Shown: in pieces, positions 27,174 to 36,371 of the stretch
Layout of the letters: each line of letters begins with the position of its first letter
Numbering within the stretch: the stretch's first letter is position 1
From: Patescibacteria group bacterium
GTDB lineage: Bacteria; Patescibacteriota; Patescibacteriia; UBA2591; JAQUPP01
DNA: 64,000 nucleotides
Assembly: GCA_028716665.1 (NCBI GenBank)
Contig: JAQUPP010000002.1
Coordinates: 139,717 to 203,716 of the forward strand
Direction of reading: 5' to 3'
Made by a program: the position numbers and the translations under genes
The notes under the pieces: generated by a model
The model's database searches: none
The model's input: only the letters and a program-made list of their open reading frames with translations
Told to the model about the DNA's origin: nothing

Positions 27174-27569
27174 ATGAATAGCGGAGTATATGCCGTTAGG
27201 CAGCTACGGAAAATTCGCAAAATTCAGAAAGAACAGAATAGGGTTATAAAAAGATATGAAAAAGAAAAAAGGATAATTGCAGATGCAATTATCACGAGAA
27301 TCGAAGAACCGGTTTTAAGCGGAGATTTATTTCGGATCATGAAAGACTCAGGTAATCGTCCGCCGGAAGAAATTAGATTTGAAGTTAATAAAGAAAAAGG
27401 AACCCTGGATGTCATTTTTGACTACAGCGGAAATTATCTCGATAATAATAAGGTGAATGGCGAATTCATTGATGATTGGGTGCAAAAAAAAGTTCAAGAA
27501 AGATTTAAAGAATGGGGTATGTCTTCGGAGTATATTTCCAGTTGTATTATCGCAGAATATGGGAAATAA
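27174..27569 (+). CDS. Hypothetical protein (paralog-leader gene 1)
   Basis: ORF preceded by conserved 41-nt leader with near-palindrome ttccaaacatgttttggaa and AGGAGG SD. Confidence 0.5.
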   Translation: MNSGVYAVRQLRKIRKIQKEQNRVIKRYEKEKRIIADAIITRIEEPVLSGDLFRIMKDSGNRPPEEIRFEVNKEKGTLDVIFDYSGNYLDNNKVNGEFIDDWVQKKVQERFKEWGMSSEYISSCIIAEYGK

Positions 27570-27577
27570 TAAAAAAA

Positions 27578-27612
27578 GCGGCGTGAGAAAATCTCACCCG
27601 CTTTTATTTTTT
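27578..27612 (+). terminator. Rho-independent terminator (gcggcgtgaga...tctcacccgc + T-tract)
   Basis: GC hairpin followed by ttttattttttt. Confidence 0.7.
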
Positions 27613-27680
27613 TATTAAAATTTTTTACTCTTGACAAAAGCTAAAAAATATGCTAATATATTAATAATTCCAAACATGTT

Positions 27681-28085
27681 TTGGAAAGAAAATTAAAAAA
27701 AGGGGGAAGAATGACGGAAATCCAAGAAAATTTTTATGATGGAATGAGAGCGGCCGAAAAGGGCCTTTTAAGTTCTGGCCTTCCGATAACTATGCCCGAT
27801 CTTATTGGTTTCAGATTTGTTTTTGGGTGTAAATATGGTTCTCATTACCAAATTCTTGTTGGTACTATCACCGGAGTTCGTATTTCCGATATAGGGGGAT
27901 TTCAGCTTCAGATTTCTAATGAGAAGATGGGTGGGGACAAGATTGACTGTATTATACAAACAGAAGAGGGTTGGGAATTAATAACTCTTCCAGAGGAAAA
28001 AGAGTGTTCAAGGCCAATAATGGGCGCCACGAATCTTTACCATCCCAAAGATAGGGGGTATTATCCGGGAGTTTTCTTAAAATAA
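27681..28085 (+). CDS. Hypothetical protein (paralog-leader gene 2), own TTGACA-17-TAATAT promoter at ~27632
   Basis: Same 41-nt leader as 27174 gene; no recognised domain. Confidence 0.5.
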   Translation: MERKLKKGGRMTEIQENFYDGMRAAEKGLLSSGLPITMPDLIGFRFVFGCKYGSHYQILVGTITGVRISDIGGFQLQISNEKMGGDKIDCIIQTEEGWELITLPEEKECSRPIMGATNLYHPKDRGYYPGVFLK

Positions 28086-28166
28086 GGACTAATAATAGAA
28101 GGAGTGATTGATGTAAAACATCTTTCGCTCCTTTTCTTTTTCTTAAAATTTGATAGAATATGAAAC

Positions 28167-29099
28167 ATGATTCAGGTTAAGAAAAATGTTTGTTTGGCGC
28201 CTTTGACCAGTTTTAAAATTGGCGGACCGGCCAAATATTTTTTGGAAGCCAAAAATGTTGATGAAGTTGCAGGGGGTTTGAAATGGGCCAAGAAAAATAA
28301 AATTAAATATTTTGTTTTGGGCGGCGGGAGCAATATATTGATATCGGATAGGGGATTTAACGGATTGGTGATAAAATTACTAATTACTAATTACAAATTA
28401 CTAAATAATAAATTAGTTGTCGGAGTTGGAACATCACTGGCCAAATTAGTCAGTACTTCAATTAAGGCCGGTTTAACTGGACTAGAATGGGCGGCAGGCA
28501 TTCCGGGCACTCTTGGGGGCGCAATATACGGCAATACGGGAGCCATGGGTCATTCTATTTCACAATCAGTGGAAAAGATAAAAGTTTTGAGAAACGGCAA
28601 GATAAAAAATTTAAAAAACAAAGACGCAAAATTCGCTTATCGGAAAAGTATTTTTCAAAAAAATAAAGATATTATTTTAGAGATTGAATTAAAATTGCAG
28701 AAAGGGGACAAGGAGGAAATTAAAAAATTGATAAAAGAAAATTTATTAAAAAGATCTCCAAATCAACCCCGTTATCCAAGCGCCGGATGCGTATTTAAAA
28801 ATTTCAGCTTAAGGCTGACCAGCCTCGGGCTGGCGAAATTATCAGAAAAGTACCCCGAGCTAGAAAATTTCAAGAAATCAGGCACGGTTTCAGCCGGCTG
28901 GTTGATTGAGAAATGCGGTTTAAAAGGCAAGCAAATCGGCCAAGCGCAAATCAGTGAGAAACATGCTAATTTCATAGTTAATCTGTGCAATGCCAGGGCC
29001 AAAGATGTTATTGCTTTAATCAATTTAGTCAAGAAAACAGTTAAAAATAAATTTAATTTTGATTTGAAAGAAGAAATACAATATGTCGATTTTAAATAG
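28167..29099 (+). CDS. murB: UDP-N-acetylenolpyruvoylglucosamine reductase
   Basis: FAD-binding N-term (LTSFKIGGPAKYF), GGSNIL, C-terminal MurB domain. Confidence 0.85.
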   Translation: MIQVKKNVCLAPLTSFKIGGPAKYFLEAKNVDEVAGGLKWAKKNKIKYFVLGGGSNILISDRGFNGLVIKLLITNYKLLNNKLVVGVGTSLAKLVSTSIKAGLTGLEWAAGIPGTLGGAIYGNTGAMGHSISQSVEKIKVLRNGKIKNLKNKDAKFAYRKSIFQKNKDIILEIELKLQKGDKEEIKKLIKENLLKRSPNQPRYPSAGCVFKNFSLRLTSLGLAKLSEKYPELENFKKSGTVSAGWLIEKCGLKGKQIGQAQISEKHANFIVNLCNARAKDVIALINLVKKTVKNKFNFDLKEEIQYVDFK

Positions 29100-29766
29100 A
29101 AAATCATTGGAAATTGACGATTCGGTGAAGGTAGATTTTTTTTCTTTTGCTTTTAAATTTTATTTTTTCGGCGTTATCGGTTTAGCCTTGATTTTTTTGT
29201 CCGTTTGGCTGCCGATGTCCAAGGTTCAATTGACTGTTGCTTCCGAACCGTTAATTGCCAATTTTGAAATAAATTTGGATACTCAAGTTGATAACCCGAT
29301 TTTTAATTTGGATACTATTGGCGCCAAAATTATTCCCGTTTCAACCATAAAAAGTTTTCCCGGATATAAAACTTTGGAAGGACTTCAAGATAATGAAAGC
29401 GGCAAGGCAATAGTTTTTAAAGAAAAAGATTTGATTAATTTGGTGGATTATAAAATAAATTTTTTACTGGGCAATAATAAGCGTGTTCTTGATCCGGATC
29501 CTAAAAAATGGGGGATTGAGATTCTTGATAAAAATTTTTCAAAAGGCGAAGGGAAGATAAAGCTGGCTATTTCACAAAAAGTTGTTTATGATTATAATCT
29601 CAGTGAAATCAGGCAAAGCTTGTCTTTTAAGCCGCGAATTCAAGCTCAAGAAAAACTTAATGAATTGCCCGGTCTTCAAAAAATCAATATTAAAATTTAT
29701 TCCCCTTGTTATAGAAGAATGCCCATTTTTCCAAGCAGGATTTTTGTCTCTTTTATACCCATCTAG
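29083..29766 (+). CDS. Hypothetical membrane-anchored protein
   Basis: ORF with N-terminal TM; no motif. Confidence 0.4.
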   Translation: MSILNRKSLEIDDSVKVDFFSFAFKFYFFGVIGLALIFLSVWLPMSKVQLTVASEPLIANFEINLDTQVDNPIFNLDTIGAKIIPVSTIKSFPGYKTLEGLQDNESGKAIVFKEKDLINLVDYKINFLLGNNKRVLDPDPKKWGIEILDKNFSKGEGKIKLAISQKVVYDYNLSEIRQSLSFKPRIQAQEKLNELPGLQKINIKIYSPCYRRMPIFPSRIFVSFIPI

Positions 29767-29849
29767 AGGTACTGCCCTTTGTTGGGGAAAACTTTAAAAG
29801 GGGCTTGACAAGATTTTTAAGATGTATAGAATAATAGTAATATTTATTT

Positions 29850-30080
29850 ATGCCAGATATTCAAAAAGTGTCCAAAGATTTTATAGAAGTTGAGGGAATG
29901 GTTACAGAGTCATTGCCAAATACTACTTTTCGTGTACAATTAAGTAACGAAAAAGTTATCTTAGCTTATTTATCGGGTAAGATGCGTTTGCATAAAATTA
30001 AAATTTTGCCTGGTGATAGAGTAAGAATTGAAATGAGCCCCTACGACTTAACTAAAGGAAGAATAGTGTATAGGAACTAA
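29850..30080 (+). CDS. infA: Translation initiation factor IF-1
   Basis: S1-like fold sequence [16 protein letters not shown]...[16 protein letters not shown]. Confidence 0.92.
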   Translation: MPDIQKVSKDFIEVEGMVTESLPNTTFRVQLSNEKVILAYLSGKMRLHKIKILPGDRVRIEMSPYDLTKGRIVYRN

Positions 30081-30178
30081 ATGCAAATCACTACAAATTT
30101 TATTAGAGTTACAAATTTTTACAAATATTGGTAGCGATTTGCATATTTGTTTAATTTGTAATAATTCGTAATCATAAT

Positions 30179-30292
30179 ATGAAAGTAAGATCATCCGTAA
30201 AAGCAATGTGCAGATTATGCAAAGTCGTCCGCCGAAAAAAGCGGCTTTATGTGCTTTGTAAAAATGCGAAACATAAACAAAGACAAGGATAA
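30179..30292 (+). CDS. rpmJ: 50S ribosomal protein L36 (37 aa; below ORF-track cutoff)
   Basis: Translation [37 protein letters not shown] with C-x2-C...C-x4-H zinc ribbon; infA-rpmJ-rpsM context. Confidence 0.85.
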   Translation: MKVRSSVKAMCRLCKVVRRKKRLYVLCKNAKHKQRQG

Positions 30293-30304
30293 AATTTTAA
30301 ATTT

Positions 30305-30691
30305 ATGGCAAGAATACAAGGCGTTGATTTACCAAAAGACAAAAGAATAGAAATAGGTTTAACCTATATTTTTGGCATTGGTCAAACAACTTCAAATAAA
30401 ATTTTAAAAGAAGCAAAAATAAATCCTAATAAGCGGGTTAAAGAACTGAATGCTCAAGAAGTTGAACAGCTTAAAAGTATTATAGATAGTATTAAAGTGG
30501 AAGGAGCATTACATAGCGCTATCGTGGCCAATATTAAAAGATTAAGAGATGTAGGTTGTTATAGAGGTATTAGACATACTCGTCATCTTCCTGTTCGTGG
30601 TCAACGAACAAAAACTAATTCAAGAACAGTTCGTGGCAATGTACGCAGAACTATGGCCAGCGGACATAAAGAAGCTACTAAAAAAGGATAA
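30305..30691 (+). CDS. rpsM: 30S ribosomal protein S13
   Basis: [26 protein letters not shown]. Confidence 0.93.
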   Translation: MARIQGVDLPKDKRIEIGLTYIFGIGQTTSNKILKEAKINPNKRVKELNAQEVEQLKSIIDSIKVEGALHSAIVANIKRLRDVGCYRGIRHTRHLPVRGQRTKTNSRTVRGNVRRTMASGHKEATKKG

Positions 30692-30697
30692 AATTAT

Positions 30698-31141
30698 ATG
30701 GCAAAAGAAAAAAAAGAAACTAAAAAAGAAACAGCTGAAGAACCCAAGAAAAATAAAAAAGTTAAAAAGATTAAAAAGGGTCAGGCTGTCAGACAAATTC
30801 CAAAAGGCCAGGCCTATATTCAGGCTACCTATAATAACACAATTGTGTCTCTTACTGATTTAATGGGTAATGTTTTATCTTGGTCAAGCGCCGGTAAATT
30901 GGGTTTTAGAGGTCCAAAAAAAGCGACTCCTTATGCCGCCAATATTATTGTTAAAGACGCGGTGGAAAAAGCTCAAAAATACGGACTTAAAGAAGTTCAA
31001 GTTTTTGTTAAGGGAGTTGGAATGGGAAGAGAAGCAGCGGTCAGATCTCTTTATACTTATGGCCTTGAAATTTCAACTATTAAAGATACAACTCCGACTC
31101 CTCATAATGGATGTCGCCCGCCAAAAGTAAGAAGGGTATAA
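30698..31141 (+). CDS. rpsK: 30S ribosomal protein S11 (K-rich N-terminal extension)
   Basis: [16 protein letters not shown]...[19 protein letters not shown]. Confidence 0.92.
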   Translation: MAKEKKETKKETAEEPKKNKKVKKIKKGQAVRQIPKGQAYIQATYNNTIVSLTDLMGNVLSWSSAGKLGFRGPKKATPYAANIIVKDAVEKAQKYGLKEVQVFVKGVGMGREAAVRSLYTYGLEISTIKDTTPTPHNGCRPPKVRRV

Positions 31142-31165
31142 CTTAAATTTTAAAACAATTTTAAT

Positions 31166-31789
31166 ATGAAATTCGGTCCTCAATGTAAAATATGTCGTCG
31201 TGAAGGCAAAAAACTTTTTCTAAAAGGTGATCGTTGTAATGCAGCGAAATGTCCTTTGCTTAAAAGAAAATATCCGCCGGGAATGCATGGCCCTAAGGGT
31301 TATGGTCGTTTATCAGAATACGGCGTTCAGTTAAGAGCAAAACAATGCCTTAAACGTTCTTATAATATTTTGGAACAGCAAATAAAAAATTATTTTAAAA
31401 AAGCCAAACGATTGAAAGGGGATACCGGAGTCAATTTCATGAAATTGATAGAATTAAGATTAGACAGTGTTATTTATCTGGCCGGTTTTGTTAATTCAAG
31501 AAAAAATGCCCGTCAGACAGTTTCTCACGGCAATATATTTGTTAATAATAAAGCGGTTGATATCCCGTCTTATCAAGTACAAGTGGGCGATATCATCACT
31601 CCTCGGCCGAAAAAGGAAATTACCGATAAAGTCAGCGAACAATTAAATTCAAGAAAAGACCAAGGATTAAAATCATGGTTTAACGTTGATGCCAAGAATC
31701 TTAAGGTTACGATTCTTAAAGAACCGGAGCCGGAAGATCTTCCTAAAGAATTTGATATTAAATTAATTATTGAGTTTTATAATCGATAG
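31166..31789 (+). CDS. rpsD: 30S ribosomal protein S4
   Basis: N-terminal zinc ribbon CKICRREG...CNAAKC; S4 domain. Confidence 0.9.
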   Translation: MKFGPQCKICRREGKKLFLKGDRCNAAKCPLLKRKYPPGMHGPKGYGRLSEYGVQLRAKQCLKRSYNILEQQIKNYFKKAKRLKGDTGVNFMKLIELRLDSVIYLAGFVNSRKNARQTVSHGNIFVNNKAVDIPSYQVQVGDIITPRPKKEITDKVSEQLNSRKDQGLKSWFNVDAKNLKVTILKEPEPEDLPKEFDIKLIIEFYNR

Positions 31790-32597
31790 TTTATATATTA
31801 TGAAAAATATTTCTTTGCCAGTTAAAATTGAATATCAAGCTGACGAAAAAAATAAAAATAAAGGTTCTGTTATTGTCGAACCTTGCTATCCGGGTTATGG
31901 AAACACATGGGGAAATGCCTTACGCCGCGTTTTGCTTTCATCATTAGAAGGAGCAGCGGTAACCGCAGTTAAGATTAAGGGCGCGAAATATGAATTTTCC
32001 GCCATGTCGGACGTTTCAGAAGATATTTTGGATATAATTTTGAATTTGAAATCATTACGCCTTAAAATTTTAAGTGATACCAATGAACCGATTAAATTGA
32101 ATCTTAAAGCAAGCGGAGAAAAAAAGGTAACCGCCGGCGATATTACGCCTTGTGCTGATGTTGAAATTTTAAATCCAGAATTGATTATTGCCACTTTAAC
32201 AGACAAAAAAATTCATTTTGAAATGGATATTTGGGTACAGAAAGGATATAGCTGGATTTCTTCAGAAGAGAAAAGCCGTGAAGGATTAGAAGTGGGAATA
32301 ATCGTTACTGATTCAATTTTTACTCCTGTTGTGCAAGTGGCGGTTAATATAGAAAATGTCCGTGTCGGCAAAAGAACTGATTTTGACAAACTTATAGTAA
32401 CCATTGAAACAAATGGCGCTCTAACTCCTCAGGAAGCTTTTTATACCGCCAGCCAATTATTAACTGAACAATTTTCCGCTTTAACTGACGGTTCTAGATT
32501 GATAATGGAAACTAAGGCGACAAAAGAAAAAACTAAAGATAAAAAAGAGAAAAAAGAGAAAAAAACTGCCGTAAAATCTAAGAAAAAATCGAAATAA
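31770..32597 (+). CDS. rpoA: DNA-directed RNA polymerase alpha subunit, N-terminal domain only; CTD replaced by lysine-rich tail
   Basis: NTWGNALRRVLLSSLEGAAVTAV alpha-NTD; no HhH CTD, ends KEKTKDKKEKKEKKTAVKSKKKSK. Confidence 0.85.
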   Translation: MSFIIDSLYIMKNISLPVKIEYQADEKNKNKGSVIVEPCYPGYGNTWGNALRRVLLSSLEGAAVTAVKIKGAKYEFSAMSDVSEDILDIILNLKSLRLKILSDTNEPIKLNLKASGEKKVTAGDITPCADVEILNPELIIATLTDKKIHFEMDIWVQKGYSWISSEEKSREGLEVGIIVTDSIFTPVVQVAVNIENVRVGKRTDFDKLIVTIETNGALTPQEAFYTASQLLTEQFSALTDGSRLIMETKATKEKTKDKKEKKEKKTAVKSKKKSK

Positions 32598-32606
32598 AAT
32601 TTTGGT

Positions 32607-32960
32607 ATGAAGCATAGAAATAAAAAAAAGATTCTATCTAGAAAAATCGGTCCGCGAAAGGCCTTGATTAGAATTATGGCCATTAATTTTCTTTTAAAAG
32701 AAAAAATTAAAACCACAGAAGCAAAAGCCAAGGCAGTAAGACCGATAATTGAACGTTTAATTTCTTCGGCTAAAACTGATGATTTGGCTACCAGAAGAAA
32801 AATCATTGCCTCTCTTAATAATATTGAAGTTACCAAAAAACTTTTGGAAAAAATCGGTCCGAGATATAAAGAAAGAGCAGGCGGTTATATAAGAATTATA
32901 AAAATCGGCCGACGCCGCGGAGACGCTGCGGAGATGGTTTTTATGGAATTAGTTAAATAA
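32607..32960 (+). CDS. rplQ: 50S ribosomal protein L17
   Basis: Family-typical sequence; position after rpoA. Confidence 0.88.
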   Translation: MKHRNKKKILSRKIGPRKALIRIMAINFLLKEKIKTTEAKAKAVRPIIERLISSAKTDDLATRRKIIASLNNIEVTKKLLEKIGPRYKERAGGYIRIIKIGRRRGDAAEMVFMELVK

Positions 32961-32975
32961 ATTTGATATCATTCT

Positions 32976-33332
32976 ATGAAAAATGTAATTCGTAAAATAC
33001 ATACAATTGATGCCACAGATAAAGCGATTGGGCGTTTGGCGACAGAAGCTGTCAGGCTTCTTTCAGGTAAGCATAAAGTTGAATATGTTCCGTATCTTGA
33101 CCAAGGCGACATTGTAGTTGTCAAAAATCTTGAAAAGGTTAAAATTACCGGTCAAAAATTAACTCAGAAAAAATATTATCATTATAGTGGTTATCCGGGC
33201 GGTATGAAAACGAGAACAATGGGCAAGATTTTTGTAAAAAATCCGCAAGATGTTTTACATCGAGCTGTTTACAATATGTTACCCAAGAATCAGTTGAGAA
33301 GGGGAATGATTAAAAGATTAAAATTTATTTAA
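32976..33332 (+). CDS. rplM: 50S ribosomal protein L13
   Basis: AIGRLATEAVRLLSGKHKVEYVPYLDQGDIVVV typical L13 N-terminus. Confidence 0.85.
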   Translation: MKNVIRKIHTIDATDKAIGRLATEAVRLLSGKHKVEYVPYLDQGDIVVVKNLEKVKITGQKLTQKKYYHYSGYPGGMKTRTMGKIFVKNPQDVLHRAVYNMLPKNQLRRGMIKRLKFI

Positions 33333-33355
33333 AATTTATTTTTTACAAATAAAAA

Positions 33356-33388
33356 AACTTCCCCGTTAAGGGGTTGTTTTTTTAGTTA
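33356..33388 (+). terminator. Rho-independent terminator (cccc-gtta-gggg + T-tract)
   Basis: aacttccccgttaaggggttgttttttt. Confidence 0.65.
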
Positions 33389-33407
33389 AATTTGATAAAA
33401 TGATTCT

Positions 33408-33899
33408 ATGTCAAAAATGGATATCAAAAAATTCGGCGACTCTATCTTAAGAGTAAGATGCCAAGAAATAAAAAATATCGACGACCAGGTAAAAAAAACC
33501 GCCATGGAAATGTTGGAAACAATGTATCATGGCAGGGGAGTTGGGTTAGCCGCTCCTCAAGTTGGTCTTAATTGGCAGTTGGTTGTAATTGATGCGGGCA
33601 AAGGGCCTCTGGTTTTAATTAATCCAAAAATTATTCAAAAATCAAATATTTTGGTCAAAGGCGAAGAGGGTTGTTTAAGTTTGCCAAATGTGAGTTTAAA
33701 AATAAAAAGGCCTTCTTGGGTTGAAATAGAAAACAGAAATATTAAAACTGATAATATTCAAAAATTTAAAGCTGAGGGATTGTTGGCCAGAGTCATTCAA
33801 CACGAAATGGATCATCTTGAAGGAAAATTGATTATTGATCGAGTTCCATTTTGGGAAAAATGGTGCGCCTTGGGAAAATTAAAAACAAACATGAAATAA
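33408..33899 (+). CDS. def: Peptide deformylase
   Basis: GVGLAAPQVG, EGCLSLP, HEMDHLEG motifs. Confidence 0.92.
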   Translation: MSKMDIKKFGDSILRVRCQEIKNIDDQVKKTAMEMLETMYHGRGVGLAAPQVGLNWQLVVIDAGKGPLVLINPKIIQKSNILVKGEEGCLSLPNVSLKIKRPSWVEIENRNIKTDNIQKFKAEGLLARVIQHEMDHLEGKLIIDRVPFWEKWCALGKLKTNMK

Positions 33900-33916
33900 A
33901 TTGATAACGAATGGTG

Positions 33917-34089
33917 GCGAAACCCGCCTTCACTCAGCGCTCCAAATCCTTGAAAATTATACTCGTTTTATTTTTAAAAATTCATAACTCCTCTCCCGAC
34001 TATAGCGGGATCGTCAAACAGATGAATTTTTCAATAAAACTCCTTAATTTTCTAAGGCTTTTCCGCGATTTCGTTCAGGCGAATTTCGC
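33917..34089. repeat. Interspersed ~175-nt repeat, copy B, with terminal inverted repeats (gcgaaacccgcc...ggcgaatttcgc)
   Basis: Core near-identical to 6759-6933; ORF 33911..34126 in track is considered spurious. Confidence 0.6.
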
Positions 34090-34163
34090 CATAAGCATAT
34101 TTGATAATTTTGCGAGCGTAGTATAAGGGGTATTATGTCATCTTCTTTACCCCGTTAAATTTT

Positions 34164-34234
34164 GCGGGATTAGTATAGTGGTAATACGCTTCCTTCCCAA
34201 GGAAGAACTGCCAGTTCGATTCTGGTATCCCGCT
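34164..34234 (+). tRNA. tRNA-Gly (anticodon CCC)
   Basis: Manual cloverleaf: acceptor gcgggat/atcccgc, D-stem gtat/atac, anticodon stem cttcc/ggaag, loop ttCCCaa, T-arm gccag-ttcgatt-ctggt. Confidence 0.8.
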
Positions 34235-34254
34235 CATAACGAAGCAAAATTTTT

Positions 34255-34300
34255 GCGGGGCCAAGGTGAAGAAACGGGTTCGATTCCCGTTACTCCAAAT
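34255..34300 (+). pseudogene. Truncated tRNA-like fragment (5' acceptor strand + T-arm only)
   Basis: gcggggcc...aaacgggttcgattcccgtt; too short (46 nt) and 3' end does not pair with 5' strand. Confidence 0.3.
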
Positions 34301-34302
34301 AA

Positions 34303-34376
34303 GCCCTCTTAGTTCAGTGGTAGAACAGCGGTATCGTAAACCGCATACGTCAGTTCGATTCTGACAGAGGGCTCCA
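34303..34376 (+). tRNA. tRNA-Thr (anticodon CGU), CCA encoded
   Basis: Manual cloverleaf: acceptor gccctct/agagggc, D-stem gttc/gaac, anticodon stem gcggt/accgc, loop atCGTaa, T-arm gtcag-ttcgatt-ctgac, tCCA. Confidence 0.8.
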
Positions 34377-34404
34377 TAAATGAATATTTTTTATATTTTA
34401 AAAT

Positions 34405-35178
34405 ATGCCAAATTCAATGGAACAATTTGATTTTTTTGAATCAAAAAGTTTGAAAAAAACAAAGAATAAAAGAGAGGATGAACAAAAAATTGATACAAGT
34501 GTTATCTTGAAAAAAATAAAAACTCCTCGATTTAGAGAAGCCATTTATGGAGATGGCTTATTTGAGTCGCTCATTCATTTAGTTAAAGAGCTTAAAAAAG
34601 AAATGCCAAATTATGACACCATTCTTTCAGATGATATCAGCGGGCGAGAAGTTTCTCTATTATTACGGCGTTTAATCGATAAAAAAAGAACTGAATTGAA
34701 TAAGCCTCCGGTAAAAACTTATTTTTTAGCCTCCGGTCGCCATATAACTTATGAATCAAAAATTTTTGATGGTATTAAAAATTTTATAAAAAATGAAAAA
34801 GATCATTTGGGTAAGGTTTTATTAGTCACGGAATTTATTTCTTCGGGTGAGAGCATATCTAAATTAGTGAATATTTTAGAACAATTAGAAATTGATTTTG
34901 ACATAGCTGCTGTTTCTATGCAAAATTCACCTAAAGATGAGGGTTATCAGAATAATATTGGTTATTTAAATAAAAAAATTAAATACGGAGATGTTGGCAA
35001 GGGAGGGCTTGCTTTTCATGATCGAACGCAATCAATAGATAAAATATTTATATATGAAAAAGATATTTCAGCTCATCCTTATGTTAAACAAGATATTCTC
35101 AAAGAAGAACAAAAAGAAATAAAGGAATCACGCGAAGACGTGGAAGTTCTGGCGGAAGAATTATCCAAGTTTATTTAA
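34405..35178 (+). CDS. Hypothetical protein
   Basis: Long ORF, no recognised motif. Confidence 0.4.
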   Translation: MPNSMEQFDFFESKSLKKTKNKREDEQKIDTSVILKKIKTPRFREAIYGDGLFESLIHLVKELKKEMPNYDTILSDDISGREVSLLLRRLIDKKRTELNKPPVKTYFLASGRHITYESKIFDGIKNFIKNEKDHLGKVLLVTEFISSGESISKLVNILEQLEIDFDIAAVSMQNSPKDEGYQNNIGYLNKKIKYGDVGKGGLAFHDRTQSIDKIFIYEKDISAHPYVKQDILKEEQKEIKESREDVEVLAEELSKFI

Positions 35179-35231
35179 ATTAGTTTTCAGAGGATAGAAA
35201 AATAACTATTTTAATGCTATAATGTTAAGGT

Positions 35232-35912
35232 ATGATCAAATTTGCTAATGTTACTAAATTCTATCGGCCGAATACTTACGCTTTGCGCAATGTTTCTTTT
35301 CATATTAAACCGGGCGAATTTGTTTCCATTGTCGGTCAATCAGGAGCGGGGAAAAGCACTATCATAAAATTATTAACCGCAGAAGAAAAAGCAGACGAAG
35401 GAAAAATTATTATCGGCGGATGGGATATTACCAAAGTCAGGCCGGCCGAAATACCGACTTTAAGACGGCAGCTTGGCGTAGTTTTCCAGGATTTCAAGCT
35501 TTTATCTAAAAAAACGGTTTATGAAAATATCGCCTTTGCCTTGGAAGTGATTAACACGCCCTATAAAAATATCAAACCGATTGTTAAACAAGTTTTAAAA
35601 ATTGTCGGTTTGGAGAATAAAATTAATTATTTTCCGAGACAATTATCATCCGGCGAGGCACAGAGAGTGGTTATTGCCAGATCGCTCGTTCATCGCCCAA
35701 AAATATTATTGGCCGACGAACCGACCGGCAATCTTGATCCTATCACTACTCGCGATATTATTGAACTTTTGACAAAAATCAATGAATTTGGCACCACAAT
35801 TTTATTGGTAACCCATAATCGGGAAATAGTTAATTTCTTTAAAAAGAGAGTTATTACCTTGGATAGAGGAGTGGTTATTGGCGATCAGACAAGAGGCAGA
35901 TACGTTATCTAA
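35232..35912 (+). CDS. ftsE: Cell division ABC ATPase FtsE
   Basis: GQSGAGKST Walker A, LSSGEAQRV signature, ILLADEPTGNLD Walker B; no ftsX follows. Confidence 0.8.
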   Translation: MIKFANVTKFYRPNTYALRNVSFHIKPGEFVSIVGQSGAGKSTIIKLLTAEEKADEGKIIIGGWDITKVRPAEIPTLRRQLGVVFQDFKLLSKKTVYENIAFALEVINTPYKNIKPIVKQVLKIVGLENKINYFPRQLSSGEAQRVVIARSLVHRPKILLADEPTGNLDPITTRDIIELLTKINEFGTTILLVTHNREIVNFFKKRVITLDRGVVIGDQTRGRYVI

Positions 35913-35994
35913 ATGCCAATAGTTACAAATTTTAATATTTACGATGATAAAGTTTTTAAAGTAATCGGGTAAGAATATTTTTTAACATAATAAT

Positions 35995-36228
35995 TTGATT
36001 ATGCCGCAAAAAATTGAAGACGCGGACAAGATTCTAATATCCAAACAAAAATGGATGATTATCGGTTTATTGATTATTATTTTTAATCCTTTGCCGGCAG
36101 GATTGATTTACGGTTTTGCTTTATGGCGGGAGAAAAAATTTCAAGCTGAAGGGAAATTAATGATGATTTTTTCTTTGCTTTGGGGTGGAATTTCTTTAGC
36201 TTTGACTAAGCAATATTTAGGATATTAA
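35995..36228 (+). CDS. Small membrane protein, unknown function
   Basis: Two TM segments; followed by hairpin + T-tract at ~36252-36280. Confidence 0.35.
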   Translation: MIMPQKIEDADKILISKQKWMIIGLLIIIFNPLPAGLIYGFALWREKKFQAEGKLMMIFSLLWGGISLALTKQYLGY

Positions 36229-36371
36229 ATATCTACCTTCATTGAGAGTTAATAGGGGTTCTAAGACCCTCTATTTTTTACTTCATATACTGAATTGGAG
36301 CGGGGTTGACAATATTAAACTTTAAGGATATATTTAAATATAGAGGAAAATAATAAATTAAATTTAATTTT

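Noticed and set aside
30597-31130. Alternative-frame ORFs overlapping the rpsM 3' end and rpsK
   Set aside because: They are out-of-frame overlaps of highly conserved ribosomal protein genes, with K-rich translation arising from the A-rich sequence.
33911-34126. 71-aa ORF called by the ORF track inside the def-tRNA spacer
   Set aside because: It coincides with copy B of the ~175-nt TIR-bounded repeat. The homologous frame in copy A (6759-6933) is interrupted by a stop codon, so the sequence is conserved as DNA/RNA, not as protein.
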